A DNA stretch of 64,000 nt from Bacteroidota bacterium (lineage in GTDB: Bacteria; Bacteroidota; Bacteroidia; 2-12-FULL-35-15): positions 521,425-585,424 of the forward strand of contig CANNHN010000001.1 of the NCBI GenBank assembly GCA_947504725.1. Direction: 5' to 3'. The notes beneath the pieces are model-generated. The model worked only from the letters and a program-made list of their open reading frames with translations, searched no databases and had not been told where the DNA came from. The position numbers were made by a program, and so were the translations under genes. Within the stretch, counting starts at the first letter, position 1. Every line of letters begins with the position of its first letter. Of this stretch, positions 1 to 9,458 are shown one piece after another.

Positions 1-1
1 T

Positions 2-943
2 GAAATGACAGTAGAAGCGATCAAAAAATTAAACAGTAAAACGTTTAATACAGATGATGTTGAATTGATTACTTGCGGAACAACTACTCCCGATCAATTA
101 TTGCCTGGACATGCATCAATGGTTCATGGGAAGTTGGCAAAAAAACCGATAGAAGCCATTTCTTTTTCTGGATCTTGTTGTACAGGAATGAATGCATTGA
201 AATATGCTTATATGTCGATTTTGACTGGTGCAACAAACAATGCTATTTCAACGGGTTCTGAAAAATTTTCTCAATGGATATTAGCTAATAATTTCAAGGA
301 AGAAGCATCGAAGATTAAGGCAGTTGAAGAAAATCCAATCCTTGCATTTGAAAAAGACTTTTTACGTTGGATGCTTTCAGATGGAGCTGCGGCAGTTTTA
401 TTAAGCAACAAACCAAATACCGATTCCGTTTCATTGAAAATTGATTGGATTGAAATATGTTCATTTGCAAATGAAGTAGAAACATGTATGTACGCGGGAG
501 CTGAAAAGCAAGAAGATGGCGATTTAAAGGGATGGGCTACTTTTGAACAAAAAGAATTAACAGAGAAATCAATTTTCTCAATTAAACAAGATACTCGATT
601 ACTAGATAAAAATATTGCACAATTGGGTACAAAAAAATATGTTGAGCTTTTTACCAAACACAAGGTTGATCCAAAAAGTATCGACTGGTTTTTGCCACAC
701 ATTTCATCTGAATATTTTCGATCAAAAGTTGATGATGAAATGAAAAAATATGGAGTTGAATTACCCCAAGAAAAATGGTTTGTAAATCTTTCCACTTTTG
801 GAAATGTTGGTGCTGCTTCCATTTTTATTGCGCTGGAAGAATTAATGAATTCAGGGAAATTAAAAAAGGGACAAAAAATTGCATTAACTGTTCCTGAAAG
901 CGCACGTTTCTCTTACGCTAATGCATTATTAACAGTTGTATAA
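2..943 (+). CDS. 3-oxoacyl-ACP synthase III (FabH/DarB-like condensing enzyme), 5'-truncated by window edge
   Basis: The frame is open from nt 2. The active-site motif SFSGSCCTGMNALKYA (FabH Cys region) sits about 57 aa into the fragment, so the N-terminal 55-60 aa lie upstream of the window. The C-terminal half resembles a FabH/CHS-like thiolase fold. Its position in a flexirubin/APE-type cluster suggests a dialkylresorcinol-type condensing enzyme. Confidence 0.7.
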   Translation, partial: EMTVEAIKKLNSKTFNTDDVELITCGTTTPDQLLPGHASMVHGKLAKKPIEAISFSGSCCTGMNALKYAYMSILTGATNNAISTGSEKFSQWILANNFKEEASKIKAVEENPILAFEKDFLRWMLSDGAAAVLLSNKPNTDSVSLKIDWIEICSFANEVETCMYAGAEKQEDGDLKGWATFEQKELTEKSIFSIKQDTRLLDKNIAQLGTKKYVELFTKHKVDPKSIDWFLPHISSEYFRSKVDDEMKKYGVELPQEKWFVNLSTFGNVGAASIFIALEELMNSGKLKKGQKIALTVPESARFSYANALLTVV

Positions 944-1402
944 ATGACACAAGTCCTAGAAACACCAATTATTGAAGGAGCAGAAGTATCCGCATTACTT
1001 CCTCAAAAACCACCAATGGAAATGGTGGATAAACTGTGGTTTCATGATGACACCTTCTCGATTTCGGGATTACTTATCAAGGACGACAATGTTTTTTGCA
1101 AAGATGGATTTTTATGTGAACCCGGCTTGATGGAAAACATTGCTCAAACTGCAGGATTGCGATTAGGATACATGGTTGCTCAACAGCAAAAAAACGGAGA
1201 AAATATTAAACCTCCAATGGGATATATTGGAGCCATAAGAAATTTAATTATTCATCAATTACCTCCAGTAGGTGCTGAATTAAAAACTGAAATATTTGTT
1301 CAAGCTGTTGTTTTTGAAGTAACGCTTATCTCAGCAAAAAGCTCTGTAAATGGTATACCCGTTGCAAATTGCGAAATGAAAATATTTTTGAAAAAAGATT
1401 AA
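944..1402 (+). CDS. hotdog-fold 3-hydroxyacyl-ACP dehydratase (FabZ-like)
   Basis: 152 aa. The LPQKPPMEMVDKL motif parallels the FabZ LPHRYPFLLVD motif. Small hotdog-sized protein in a PKS-like cluster. Its stop overlaps the next start (TAATG). Confidence 0.55.
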   Translation: MTQVLETPIIEGAEVSALLPQKPPMEMVDKLWFHDDTFSISGLLIKDDNVFCKDGFLCEPGLMENIAQTAGLRLGYMVAQQQKNGENIKPPMGYIGAIRNLIIHQLPPVGAELKTEIFVQAVVFEVTLISAKSSVNGIPVANCEMKIFLKKD

Positions 1403-2151
1403 TGAGCATCTCTGCAGCAATCGAAGTAAAAAATCTTGTAAAAAAATACACAGATGTTGCAATTCCTGCAGTAGATAATATATCGTTTACGATTGAAAAA
1501 GGTAGCATCTTTGGATTACTTGGTCCAAATGGTGCAGGAAAAACCACCACTATCTCCATCCTATGTGGATTAAAAAAAGCAACTAGTGGTGAAGCAACCA
1601 TACTCGGATTATCCTTAAAAAAGCAGATTTCTGAAATAAAACAAATCATAGGTGTAGTGCCTCAGGAAATTGCACTCTACCCTACTCTCACGGCATACGA
1701 AAACCTACGTTACATTGGAAACATGTATGGCTTAAGAGGCAAAAACCTTACAACTAAAATCCAGGAAAACCTTGAAGTTGTAGGACTGGCTTCACATGCC
1801 AACCACCGAGTAGAAACTTTTTCTGGTGGAATGAAAAGAAGAATAAATTTAGTTGCTGGAATTTTACACACACCTAAAGTATTATTTCTAGATGAACCTA
1901 CTGTTGGTGTTGATGTACAGTCAAGAAACTTAATTACCGAACATCTTCATCTATTAAATAAACAAGGCTGCACAATTATCTACACCTCACATTTAATGGA
2001 GGAAGCAGAAAATTTATGTTCCGCAATTGCAGTTATCGATCACGGGCAAATTATTGCTTCTGGTGAACCAAAAACTGTAATTAAAGAACATGGCAGTGAA
2101 AATTTAGAACAATTATTTTTGAAATTGACAGGAAAGACATTGCGAGATTAA
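1402..2151 (+). CDS. ABC transporter ATP-binding protein
   Basis: Walker A GPNGAGKTT, ABC signature FSGGMKRR, Walker B LFLDEPT. The start is taken at the ATG overlapping the upstream stop (TAATG) rather than the ORF-track start at 1369. Confidence 0.85.
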   Translation: MSISAAIEVKNLVKKYTDVAIPAVDNISFTIEKGSIFGLLGPNGAGKTTTISILCGLKKATSGEATILGLSLKKQISEIKQIIGVVPQEIALYPTLTAYENLRYIGNMYGLRGKNLTTKIQENLEVVGLASHANHRVETFSGGMKRRINLVAGILHTPKVLFLDEPTVGVDVQSRNLITEHLHLLNKQGCTIIYTSHLMEEAENLCSAIAVIDHGQIIASGEPKTVIKEHGSENLEQLFLKLTGKTLRD

Positions 2152-3422
2152 TGCTAAGATTATATTCAACCATACAAAAAGAAATGTTAATACTCCTCCG
2201 CGACAAAGGAGGCTTAATCATTATGTTTATCATGCCCATGGCAATGATTACTTTAATGGCTTTAATTCAGGATGCTCCTTTCCGTGATTACCAAGAGTTG
2301 AAAATTCCTCTGCTAATGGTTAATAACGACAAAGGAAATTTAGGAAGCACAATCGATAGCGGTTTATACCAGTCTAAAATATTTGAGATTACAAAACTTC
2401 CTCTTAGTAGAGATGAAGTAAAACAAAAAGTAAAATCAGGTGAATTCAACATTGCCATCATTATCCCTGAAAACGCTAGCGATTTGCTCAATTCTAAGGT
2501 GAGCCACTTTGTTACAAAAAAATTAAACGAAGCTGGCCTTTCGGATTCTTCCGAAATTGATGAATCAAAATTAGCAGCAGATTTAAGTCTTGAAATTTTG
2601 TTTTCACCCGACACAAAAAAATCTTTTAAGTCTTCTATTTTAAGTTCGTTAAAACAATCGACCTCAAAAATAGAAACACAAACCTTATTGGAGTTGTTCA
2701 ATAAAGAGCTGAAGCAGTCCGACAATGGTGGAAACGAGAAGATGAAAGACTTTGTGAATTTCAAAGAGATCAACACAGTTGAAACAGATGAAGAAGTATT
2801 AAAATTAAATTCGGTGCAACACAATGTTCCTGCATGGACCATCTTCGGAATGTTTTTTATTGTTATTTCCATGTCAGGAAGCATTATTAAAGAACGTGAC
2901 GAAGGAAGTTACACCCGTATTCTTACAATGCCAGGCTCTTATATCACTGTACTGTTAGGAAAAATTAGCGCCTACTTGCTTATTTGCTTAATCCAATGTG
3001 TTTTGATGTTGATGGTAGGATTATACATTTTACCACAAATGGGGTTACCCGTTTTAATTATAGGAAACAGTATGATAGCAGTTTGTGTTGTTGCTGTTTC
3101 AGCAGGATTAGCAGCTACAGGATACGGAATTTTAGTCGGCACAATCTTCAAAACACATCAACAAGCATCCACCTTTGGAGCAGTATCCGTAGTTATTCTA
3201 GCAGCATTGGGCGGAATTTGGGTGCCCGTTTTTGTTATGCCGGAATATTTAAGAATTATGTCTGAATTTTCACCGCTTTATTGGGGATTGAGTGCATTTC
3301 ATAATCTCTTTTTAAGTGGTGGCAATTTAAGTACTATTTTGCCTCATGTTTTCAAGTTGTTGGCTTTCTGCTTTATAAATTTAGGAATCGCTTATTTCTT
3401 TAATCAGAAGCATCATAAGTAG
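2151..3422 (+). CDS. ABC-2 family transporter permease
   Basis: 423 aa with an N-terminal TM helix, a large periplasmic loop and a C-terminal cluster of about 5 TM helices typical of ABC-2 permeases. Translationally coupled to the ATPase (TAATG). Confidence 0.7.
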   Translation: MLRLYSTIQKEMLILLRDKGGLIIMFIMPMAMITLMALIQDAPFRDYQELKIPLLMVNNDKGNLGSTIDSGLYQSKIFEITKLPLSRDEVKQKVKSGEFNIAIIIPENASDLLNSKVSHFVTKKLNEAGLSDSSEIDESKLAADLSLEILFSPDTKKSFKSSILSSLKQSTSKIETQTLLELFNKELKQSDNGGNEKMKDFVNFKEINTVETDEEVLKLNSVQHNVPAWTIFGMFFIVISMSGSIIKERDEGSYTRILTMPGSYITVLLGKISAYLLICLIQCVLMLMVGLYILPQMGLPVLIIGNSMIAVCVVAVSAGLAATGYGILVGTIFKTHQQASTFGAVSVVILAALGGIWVPVFVMPEYLRIMSEFSPLYWGLSAFHNLFLSGGNLSTILPHVFKLLAFCFINLGIAYFFNQKHHK

Positions 3423-3493
3423 GTTCTATTTCCTCATTTTCCAAGCTTAATTATTCAGTAAAATTCAATAACTTCGCATTCATAAAACAATAG

Positions 3494-3946
3494 ATGGAAG
3501 CCTTGTCACATATGAATAAAACAAATTTTCAAACACTTTCAAATACCACAGTTGTTCCCGTGCGTTTTAGCGAAGTGGATGCATTAGGTATTGTTTGGCA
3601 TGGACATTATTTAAAATTTTTTGAAGACGGTAGAGAAGCATTTGGAAGAGCATACGAATTGGGGTATTTAGATGTTTACAAAAACAACTTTGCCACTCCG
3701 CTTGTTAAAATAAATGTAGATTTTAAGAAAATTGTAAAATATGGTGATTCAGTAAAAATTATAACGACTTATATTCATTCGCCTGCTGCAAAAATTATTT
3801 TCAAGTATGAAGTTTATCGTGAGTCGGATGGAGAGTTAGTAGCTTCTGGGGAATCTACACAAGTGTTTATGAATTTAGAACATGAACTGTATATAGTGGT
3901 TCCTGATTTTTTTGAGAAGTGGAAACAAAAGAATTTGGAAATTTGA
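3494..3946 (+). CDS. acyl-CoA/acyl-ACP thioesterase, 4HBT (YbgC-like) family
   Basis: VRFSEVDALGIVWHGHYLKFFEDGREAF matches the YbgC/4HBT hotdog thioesterase N-terminal motif. About 150 aa. Confidence 0.75.
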   Translation: MEALSHMNKTNFQTLSNTTVVPVRFSEVDALGIVWHGHYLKFFEDGREAFGRAYELGYLDVYKNNFATPLVKINVDFKKIVKYGDSVKIITTYIHSPAAKIIFKYEVYRESDGELVASGESTQVFMNLEHELYIVVPDFFEKWKQKNLEI

Positions 3947-4027
3947 ATGATAAATATTCGCAAGATGTCCTCTCGACAGAACTGAAGAGAACTTACACTT
4001 CAAGGATGAAAGATTTCTCCGCTGCGG

Positions 4028-4150
4028 TCGAAATGACAAACAAAGGACATCACTATTGAAATGACAAACAACAAACATTACAATTGAAATGACAAAAAGG
4101 AACATTACGATTGAAATGACAAAGTATTAAAAGAAGCATAAATTGAAATT
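4028..4150. repeat. tandem direct repeat array, 4-5 copies of a 27-28-bp unit with core TTGAAATGACAAA
   Basis: Core copies start at 4028 (tcgaaatgacaaa), 4056, 4084 and 4111, with a degenerate copy at 4143 (ttgaaatt). Periods are 28, 28, 27 and 32 bp. The inter-core segments are also related (caacaaacattacaa / aaggaacattacga). The array lies in the 197-bp gap between the thioesterase and the first KS. Confidence 0.8.
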
Positions 4151-5327
4151 AGAATCCTACATAGTTGCAGATAACATCATCTCCCCGCTTGGCTTTAGCA
4201 GTTCCGAAAATTTCGAACAACTGAAACAAAAGAAAACAGGAGTTAAACGTTTAGAATCCTCTGAGCTTTCTTCAGAGCCTGTTTGTGCTGCACTTGTTGA
4301 TACGCAAAAATTAAATTCAGAATTCGCAAAACTTACTACGAATAATATTGAAGCAAAAGAATATACTCGTTTGGAAAAAATGGTTTTACTTTCGATTAAC
4401 GATTGTTTGAAACAGAATTCCAACATTGACATCACCAGCAAAAAAACGCTCATCATACTTTCTACAACTAAAGGAAACGTTGATCTTTTAGATCCTACAT
4501 TGGCATCTAAATTTGATAAAAAAAGAGTCTACCTATGGGAAACAGCCAACGTTATTGCACAACACTTTATCAATCCCAACAAACCACTTATCGTTTCTAA
4601 TGCTTGTATTTCTGGAGTATTGGCTATCATTTTAGGAAAACGACTTTTAGAAACGAATCAATACGATACCATCATTGTTAGCGGTGTAGATATTTTAACA
4701 CGCTTTGTTGTCTCAGGATTTCAATCGTTTAAAGCTATCAGCAATGAAGTTGCGAAACCATATGATGCGAAGCGTGATGGAATCTCTTTAGGAGAAGGGT
4801 GTGGCACAGTTGTTCTAACGAACAAGGTATCAAGTATCAAGTATCAAGTATCAAGAATTGTTGTGTCTGGGGGAGCAAGCTCTAACGATGCGAATCATAT
4901 TTCGGGGCCTTCGCGTACTGGCGATGGTTTGTTTTTAGCAATTGACAAAACTTTAAAAGAATCAAACATTAAAGCATCGGAAGTAGATTATATTTCTGGG
5001 CACGGAACAGCCACCATTTACAACGATGATATGGAATCCATTGCGATTACGGATGCTAAGTTGGCTGCTGTTCCAATGAATAGTTTAAAAAGTTATTTCG
5101 GGCATACATTAGGGGCTGCTGGTGTGATTGAATCCATCATCGGATTACAATCTATGAGAGAAAATACTTTGATTGGGACTTATAATTTTAATGAATTGGG
5201 AGTTACAATGCCCATCAACATAATTAAAAACACACAAGCTGCAACTGTAAACAATTGCTTAAAGACTTCTGCCGGATTTGGTGGTTGCAATGCTGCTGTG
5301 TTTTTTCAAAAAGTAGAAAACAACTAA
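4143..5327 (+). CDS. beta-ketoacyl-ACP synthase (type II PKS/FAS KS, APE-type)
   Basis: Active-site Cys in SNACISGV, plus His motifs GHGTATIYND and GHTLGAAG. The ORF track starts at a TTG; the exact start is uncertain. Confidence 0.8.
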   Translation: MKLESYIVADNIISPLGFSSSENFEQLKQKKTGVKRLESSELSSEPVCAALVDTQKLNSEFAKLTTNNIEAKEYTRLEKMVLLSINDCLKQNSNIDITSKKTLIILSTTKGNVDLLDPTLASKFDKKRVYLWETANVIAQHFINPNKPLIVSNACISGVLAIILGKRLLETNQYDTIIVSGVDILTRFVVSGFQSFKAISNEVAKPYDAKRDGISLGEGCGTVVLTNKVSSIKYQVSRIVVSGGASSNDANHISGPSRTGDGLFLAIDKTLKESNIKASEVDYISGHGTATIYNDDMESIAITDAKLAAVPMNSLKSYFGHTLGAAGVIESIIGLQSMRENTLIGTYNFNELGVTMPINIIKNTQAATVNNCLKTSAGFGGCNAAVFFQKVENN

Positions 5328-5956
5328 TGGAACAAAAAAACTATATCACATCTTTGTGTTCCATCAAAAATGGAATTGTTTCTCTGGATGGAGTTTCTGG
5401 TTTTTCTGATAAATCGATTGATGGTGTTGATTTTATTAAAGCAGCTTACAAAGAATATCAACTCAGTTATCCGAAATTTTACAAAATGGATAATTTGTGT
5501 AAACTAGCTTTTGTTGCTTCTGAATTATTGCTAAAAAATAATCCGCTCACGAAAAAATATGCATCCCAAGATATTGCCATTGTTATTGCTAACAGTGCAT
5601 CTTCGTTGGAAATAGATACCGAACATCAAAGAACCATTTCCGATAAAAACAATTATTTCCCAAGTCCTTCGGTATTTGTATATACATTACCCAATATTTT
5701 GATTGGAGAAATTGCCATAAGAAATAGCATAAAAGGAGAGAATTCCTTCTTTATTTTTGATAAATTTGATGCTGAATTTATGAGTTCTTATATCAACTCT
5801 ATATTGGATAGTAGCAAAGCAAAATGTTGTATTACCGGGTGGATTGAATTATACGAAAATAAGTACGAAGCATTTTTATATACAGTAGAACAACAAGAAG
5901 GAACATTAAAAACGGAACATACAGCACAAGAATTAAAAAAATTATATAACCACTAA
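5327..5956 (+). CDS. KS-associated protein (beta-ketoacyl synthase N-terminal-domain-like / chain-length-factor-like)
   Basis: About 210 aa, translationally coupled to the upstream KS (TAATG at 5325). No Cys-His-His catalytic motifs. This resembles the short partner subunits in aryl-polyene clusters. Confidence 0.4.
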   Translation: MEQKNYITSLCSIKNGIVSLDGVSGFSDKSIDGVDFIKAAYKEYQLSYPKFYKMDNLCKLAFVASELLLKNNPLTKKYASQDIAIVIANSASSLEIDTEHQRTISDKNNYFPSPSVFVYTLPNILIGEIAIRNSIKGENSFFIFDKFDAEFMSSYINSILDSSKAKCCITGWIELYENKYEAFLYTVEQQEGTLKTEHTAQELKKLYNH

Positions 5957-5971
5957 TCAAAAACAACAATT

Positions 5972-6226
5972 ATGGATGCATTAATTGAACAACTAAAAGG
6001 AGAAATCATTAAACAATTAAATTTAGAAGATTTAAAACCAGCTGACATTGATTCAGATGCGGCTTTATTCGGTGGTGGATTAGGATTGGATTCAATCGAT
6101 GCACTTGAATTAATTGTTCTGTTAGAAAAAAATTACGGTATAAAAGTTTCAAATCCAGCAGACGGAAAAAAAATATTTCAATCGGTACGCACTATGGCAG
6201 AGTATATTTCTGCAAATAAGAAGTAA
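5972..6226 (+). CDS. acyl carrier protein
   Basis: 84 aa with the phosphopantetheine attachment motif LGLDSIDALEL. Confidence 0.85.
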   Translation: MDALIEQLKGEIIKQLNLEDLKPADIDSDAALFGGGLGLDSIDALELIVLLEKNYGIKVSNPADGKKIFQSVRTMAEYISANKK

Positions 6227-6316
6227 GTTAAAAGTTAAATGGGTCAAAGGCTAATTTAGGATTTAGTTTGTTTCCTATTTTCAATTAACGATTAACTATT
6301 TTTTTATCACAAAACT

Positions 6317-7522
6317 ATGTCTTCAAAAGTTTACATTACTGGTATGGGAATGATTTCGGCAATTGGAAACAATGTTGCTGAGTCGTTTCATTCATTAGAA
6401 ACAATGCAATCAGGTATTGGAGAATTGAAGTACGTACGTTCTCGCCACAAACCACTTGTTCCTGTTGGTGAAGTTAAAAAAAGCACCGAGGAATTGATGG
6501 AAATGGCGGGATTAAATCCAGACAACCTAACTACACGAACCTCTTTATTGGGATTAATTGCAGCACAAGAAGCAGTTAAATCGGCTGGAATAAAGGATAT
6601 AAAAGAATATAGAACTGGAATTATTTCTGCAACAAGTGTTGGTGGAATGGATATGACAGAAAATCATTGGTTAGATTATTTAAATGAAGAAAAATCGGGG
6701 CCTTGGTTAAAATATATTGAAACCCATGAGTGTGGCGATAGTACCGAATTTATTGCGGATAATTTAGGAATAAAGGATTTTTTATCGACCATCTCAACCG
6801 CATGTTCATCTGCAGCAAACGCAATCATGTTTGGAGCAAGATTAATTAAGCATGGTAAACTAGACCGCGTTATTGTTGGAGGAACAGATGCCATGTCACG
6901 CTTTACTATCAACGGTTTTATGACATTAATGATTTTAGATAGTGAAAATTGCAAGCCATTTGATTCACAGCGTAGAGGTTTAAATTTAGGTGAAGGCGCT
7001 GGTTATATTGTTCTAGAATCGGAAAAAGCAGCAAAAGGAAAAGTTATTCATGCTGAATTATCTGGTTATGGAAATTCAAATGATGCTTATCACCAAACAG
7101 CTTCATCACCTGATGGAGCAGGTGCATTCATGGCAATGGAAAAGGCATTTAAAATAAGTGGATTAAAACCAAGCGACATTGATTACATCAATGCTCATGG
7201 AACAGGAACAGAGATTAATGATCTTTCCGAAGGAACAGCCATAGATAGAATATTTGAAAAAAATGTTCCAAGCATCAGTTCAACAAAAGCATACACCGGT
7301 CATACACTAGCTGCATGTGCTGGCATAGAGGCTATTTTTTCAATTTTGGCTATTAAACATAACATTGTTTTCCCAAATTTAAATTATAAACACCCAATGA
7401 CAGCGTTGAGTTTTAAACCAACTACAACTTTGGAAAGGGGAAAGAAGATAGACCACGTCTTATCAAATTCATTCGGTTTTGGAGGAAATACTTCAGCCTT
7501 AATTTTCTCAAGACATCACTAA
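6317..7522 (+). CDS. beta-ketoacyl-ACP synthase II-like (FabF family)
   Basis: STACSSAANAI (Cys), AHGTGTEIND (His) and GHTLAACAG (His). 401 aa. Confidence 0.85.
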   Translation: MSSKVYITGMGMISAIGNNVAESFHSLETMQSGIGELKYVRSRHKPLVPVGEVKKSTEELMEMAGLNPDNLTTRTSLLGLIAAQEAVKSAGIKDIKEYRTGIISATSVGGMDMTENHWLDYLNEEKSGPWLKYIETHECGDSTEFIADNLGIKDFLSTISTACSSAANAIMFGARLIKHGKLDRVIVGGTDAMSRFTINGFMTLMILDSENCKPFDSQRRGLNLGEGAGYIVLESEKAAKGKVIHAELSGYGNSNDAYHQTASSPDGAGAFMAMEKAFKISGLKPSDIDYINAHGTGTEINDLSEGTAIDRIFEKNVPSISSTKAYTGHTLAACAGIEAIFSILAIKHNIVFPNLNYKHPMTALSFKPTTTLERGKKIDHVLSNSFGFGGNTSALIFSRHH

Positions 7523-7523
7523 A

Positions 7524-8591
7524 ATGGAAGCATATATCAACGGAATAGGTATTGTTTCTCCTCAAAAAACATTTGACACCTCTGATTTTTTATCTGAGAT
7601 TGTTGAACATAATTCTAAATTATTAAATGCTATTGAACCCTCTTACAAAGAGTTTTTAGATCCAAACTTAGCAAGAAGAATGGCTCGTGTAATAAAAATG
7701 AGCATTGCTGCTTCCTTTGTTTGTTTAAGAGATGCGAAGATTGAAAAGCCTGATGCGATTATAACAGGAACAGCATTGGGTTGTTTGCAAGACACAGAAA
7801 AATTTCTATTGTCTATCATCGAAAACGATGAACAATTTCTAACACCAACCTCTTTCATTCAATCAACGCATAATACAGTTAGTGCTCAAATTGCTTTGCA
7901 ACTTAAATGCATGAACTATAATTTCACCTATGTTCACAAAGGATTTTCTTTCGAAAGTGCTTTACTAGATAGTATGATGACCTTGGAAGAAGGTGAAGCA
8001 AAAAATATTTTAGTAGGTGGTCATGATGAAATGACAGAAAAACATCACCGCGTTTATAATAGAATTGGTTATTGGAAAAAGGATTCTGCAGTTGATACAA
8101 TGCAATTAATCCATAGCAAAACACCAGGTAGCGTTGGCGGAGAAGGTGCTGCATTTTTTATTTTAGGAAACGAGAAAACAGAGAAATCATACGCAAAACT
8201 TCAAGGTGTTGAGATGATTTACAAGCCTGAAAACACGAAAGAAGTGGAAACAAAAATCATTACTTTTCTTGATTCCAAAGGATTGCAAGCCAACGATATC
8301 GATGTTGTATTATATGGTATAAATGGAGATGTTCGTTTTGATCAACTTTATTATGAAATAAAAAACACTCTTTTTAAAAACAGTACTTCTGGGTATTTCA
8401 AGCACTTATGTGGCGAATATCAAACATCCGGGAGCTTTGCAATGTGGTTAGCAGCAAAAATATTGCAAACTCAAACTATTCCAAACGCAGTATTGATTGG
8501 GGAAAATAAGTCTAAAGAAATTAAAAACGTGCTTATCTACAATACCTTTATTGATTCGGATCAATCGGTATATCTTCTTTCGAAATGTTAA
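7524..8591 (+). CDS. KS-like partner subunit (thiolase fold, catalytic His motifs not evident; CLF-like)
   Basis: 355 aa immediately after the FabF-like gene. Thiolase-like pattern (TGTALGCLQD, VGGHDE) but lacking the HGTGT/GHxxGAAG motifs. Confidence 0.45.
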   Translation: MEAYINGIGIVSPQKTFDTSDFLSEIVEHNSKLLNAIEPSYKEFLDPNLARRMARVIKMSIAASFVCLRDAKIEKPDAIITGTALGCLQDTEKFLLSIIENDEQFLTPTSFIQSTHNTVSAQIALQLKCMNYNFTYVHKGFSFESALLDSMMTLEEGEAKNILVGGHDEMTEKHHRVYNRIGYWKKDSAVDTMQLIHSKTPGSVGGEGAAFFILGNEKTEKSYAKLQGVEMIYKPENTKEVETKIITFLDSKGLQANDIDVVLYGINGDVRFDQLYYEIKNTLFKNSTSGYFKHLCGEYQTSGSFAMWLAAKILQTQTIPNAVLIGENKSKEIKNVLIYNTFIDSDQSVYLLSKC

Positions 8592-9358
8592 ACTTCAAAA
8601 TAGCACAACTCTGCTTCATTATTGAATGCATTGTAATCGCTTCCCTAATTTACTATTTAGGAATAAGTGCATGGTGGTTATTAATTCCAATCATACAATT
8701 TAAATTGTTAATTATATACGGAGCGGCCAACATTCAAGCTAACTTTTTCACAGAAGCATATTGCAATGCTGATTCAGATCAAAAAATAATCGCATTAACA
8801 TTTGATGACGGTCCGAACAAAGAACACACTCCAAAAATTTTATCGACATTAGAAGAACACAATGCAACAGCAACATTTTTTGTCGTTGGAAAAAATATTT
8901 TCGGAAATGAAAGCATTATCAAAAAAATAGATGCGGATGGACATGCCATCGGAAACCATACTTTTTCACATTCCTTTTTCATTGATTTTAAAAGCAAAGC
9001 CGGTTTTATAAATGAATTGAACACCACTTCTGATGCGATTTACAACATCATTCGCAAAAGAGTGAAGTTCTTTCGTCCGCCTTACGGAGTTACCACTCCA
9101 AATTTGGCAAGAGCATCAAAAGCTTTGAATTACGATATTATTGGATGGAATATTCGTTCTTTAGATACAACAAATGATTCGGAAGAAAAGATTGCAGACA
9201 GAGTGATTACACAAGTAAAACCAGGTGCTATCATTCTGTTTCATGATACTTCAGAAAAAACAGCACAGGTATTGAAACAAACACTTAATTTTGCAAAAGA
9301 AAATGGCTTCAAAATTGTTAGTGTGGAGGAGCTTTTAAAACTGAGGGTATATGCTTAA
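8585..9358 (+). CDS. polysaccharide deacetylase family protein (NodB homology domain)
   Basis: LTFDDGPN, ATFFVVG and GHAIGNHTFSH NodB motifs. N-terminal TM segment. Confidence 0.8.
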   Translation: MLNFKIAQLCFIIECIVIASLIYYLGISAWWLLIPIIQFKLLIIYGAANIQANFFTEAYCNADSDQKIIALTFDDGPNKEHTPKILSTLEEHNATATFFVVGKNIFGNESIIKKIDADGHAIGNHTFSHSFFIDFKSKAGFINELNTTSDAIYNIIRKRVKFFRPPYGVTTPNLARASKALNYDIIGWNIRSLDTTNDSEEKIADRVITQVKPGAIILFHDTSEKTAQVLKQTLNFAKENGFKIVSVEELLKLRVYA

Positions 9359-9379
9359 ATCTAATTCAAATAGACCAAT

Positions 9380-9436
9380 CTTCGACTCCGCTCAGACTGA
9401 CGATAAATCGGATCGTCACACTGAGCGGAGTCGAAG
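9380..9436 (+). other. GC-rich nested hairpin (16-bp perfect outer stem plus 7-bp inner stem), putative intra-operon terminator/attenuator or REP-like element
   Basis: cttcgactccgctcag (9380-9395) is the exact reverse complement of ctgagcggagtcgaag (9421-9436). The inner stem is tgacgat (9398-9404) / atcgtca (9412-9418) with a 7-nt loop. It lies 22 nt after the deacetylase stop and is followed by tgtctcattattctt. Confidence 0.6.
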
Positions 9437-9458
9437 TGTCTCATTATTCTTAACAACG

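Noticed and set aside
271-822. Antisense ORFs inside well-supported genes (e.g. 271-822 -, 2288-2884 -, 13149-13412 -, 24127-24837 +, 33347-33595 +)
   Set aside because: They fall within conserved-motif CDSs on the opposite strand and show no motifs of their own. This is a typical AT-rich or low-complexity artefact.
3875-4105. 76-aa minus-strand ORF
   Set aside because: It lies entirely within the tandem-repeat intergenic region, and its translation is low-complexity and repeat-driven. It is almost certainly spurious.
4028-4150. Possible CRISPR array (short repeats with spacers)
   Set aside because: The segments between cores are themselves homologous to one another, so the whole 27-28-bp unit is repeated. 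The core is AT-rich and non-palindromic, only 4-5 copies exist, and no cas genes are nearby.
9351-9458. N-terminal 36 aa of the ORF-track LolA-like ORF (MLKSNSNRPIFDSAQTDDKSDRHTERSRSVS...)
   Set aside because: This stretch is simply the translation of the nested hairpin. The real signal peptide begins at (V)LVLMLTTFAFAQ.
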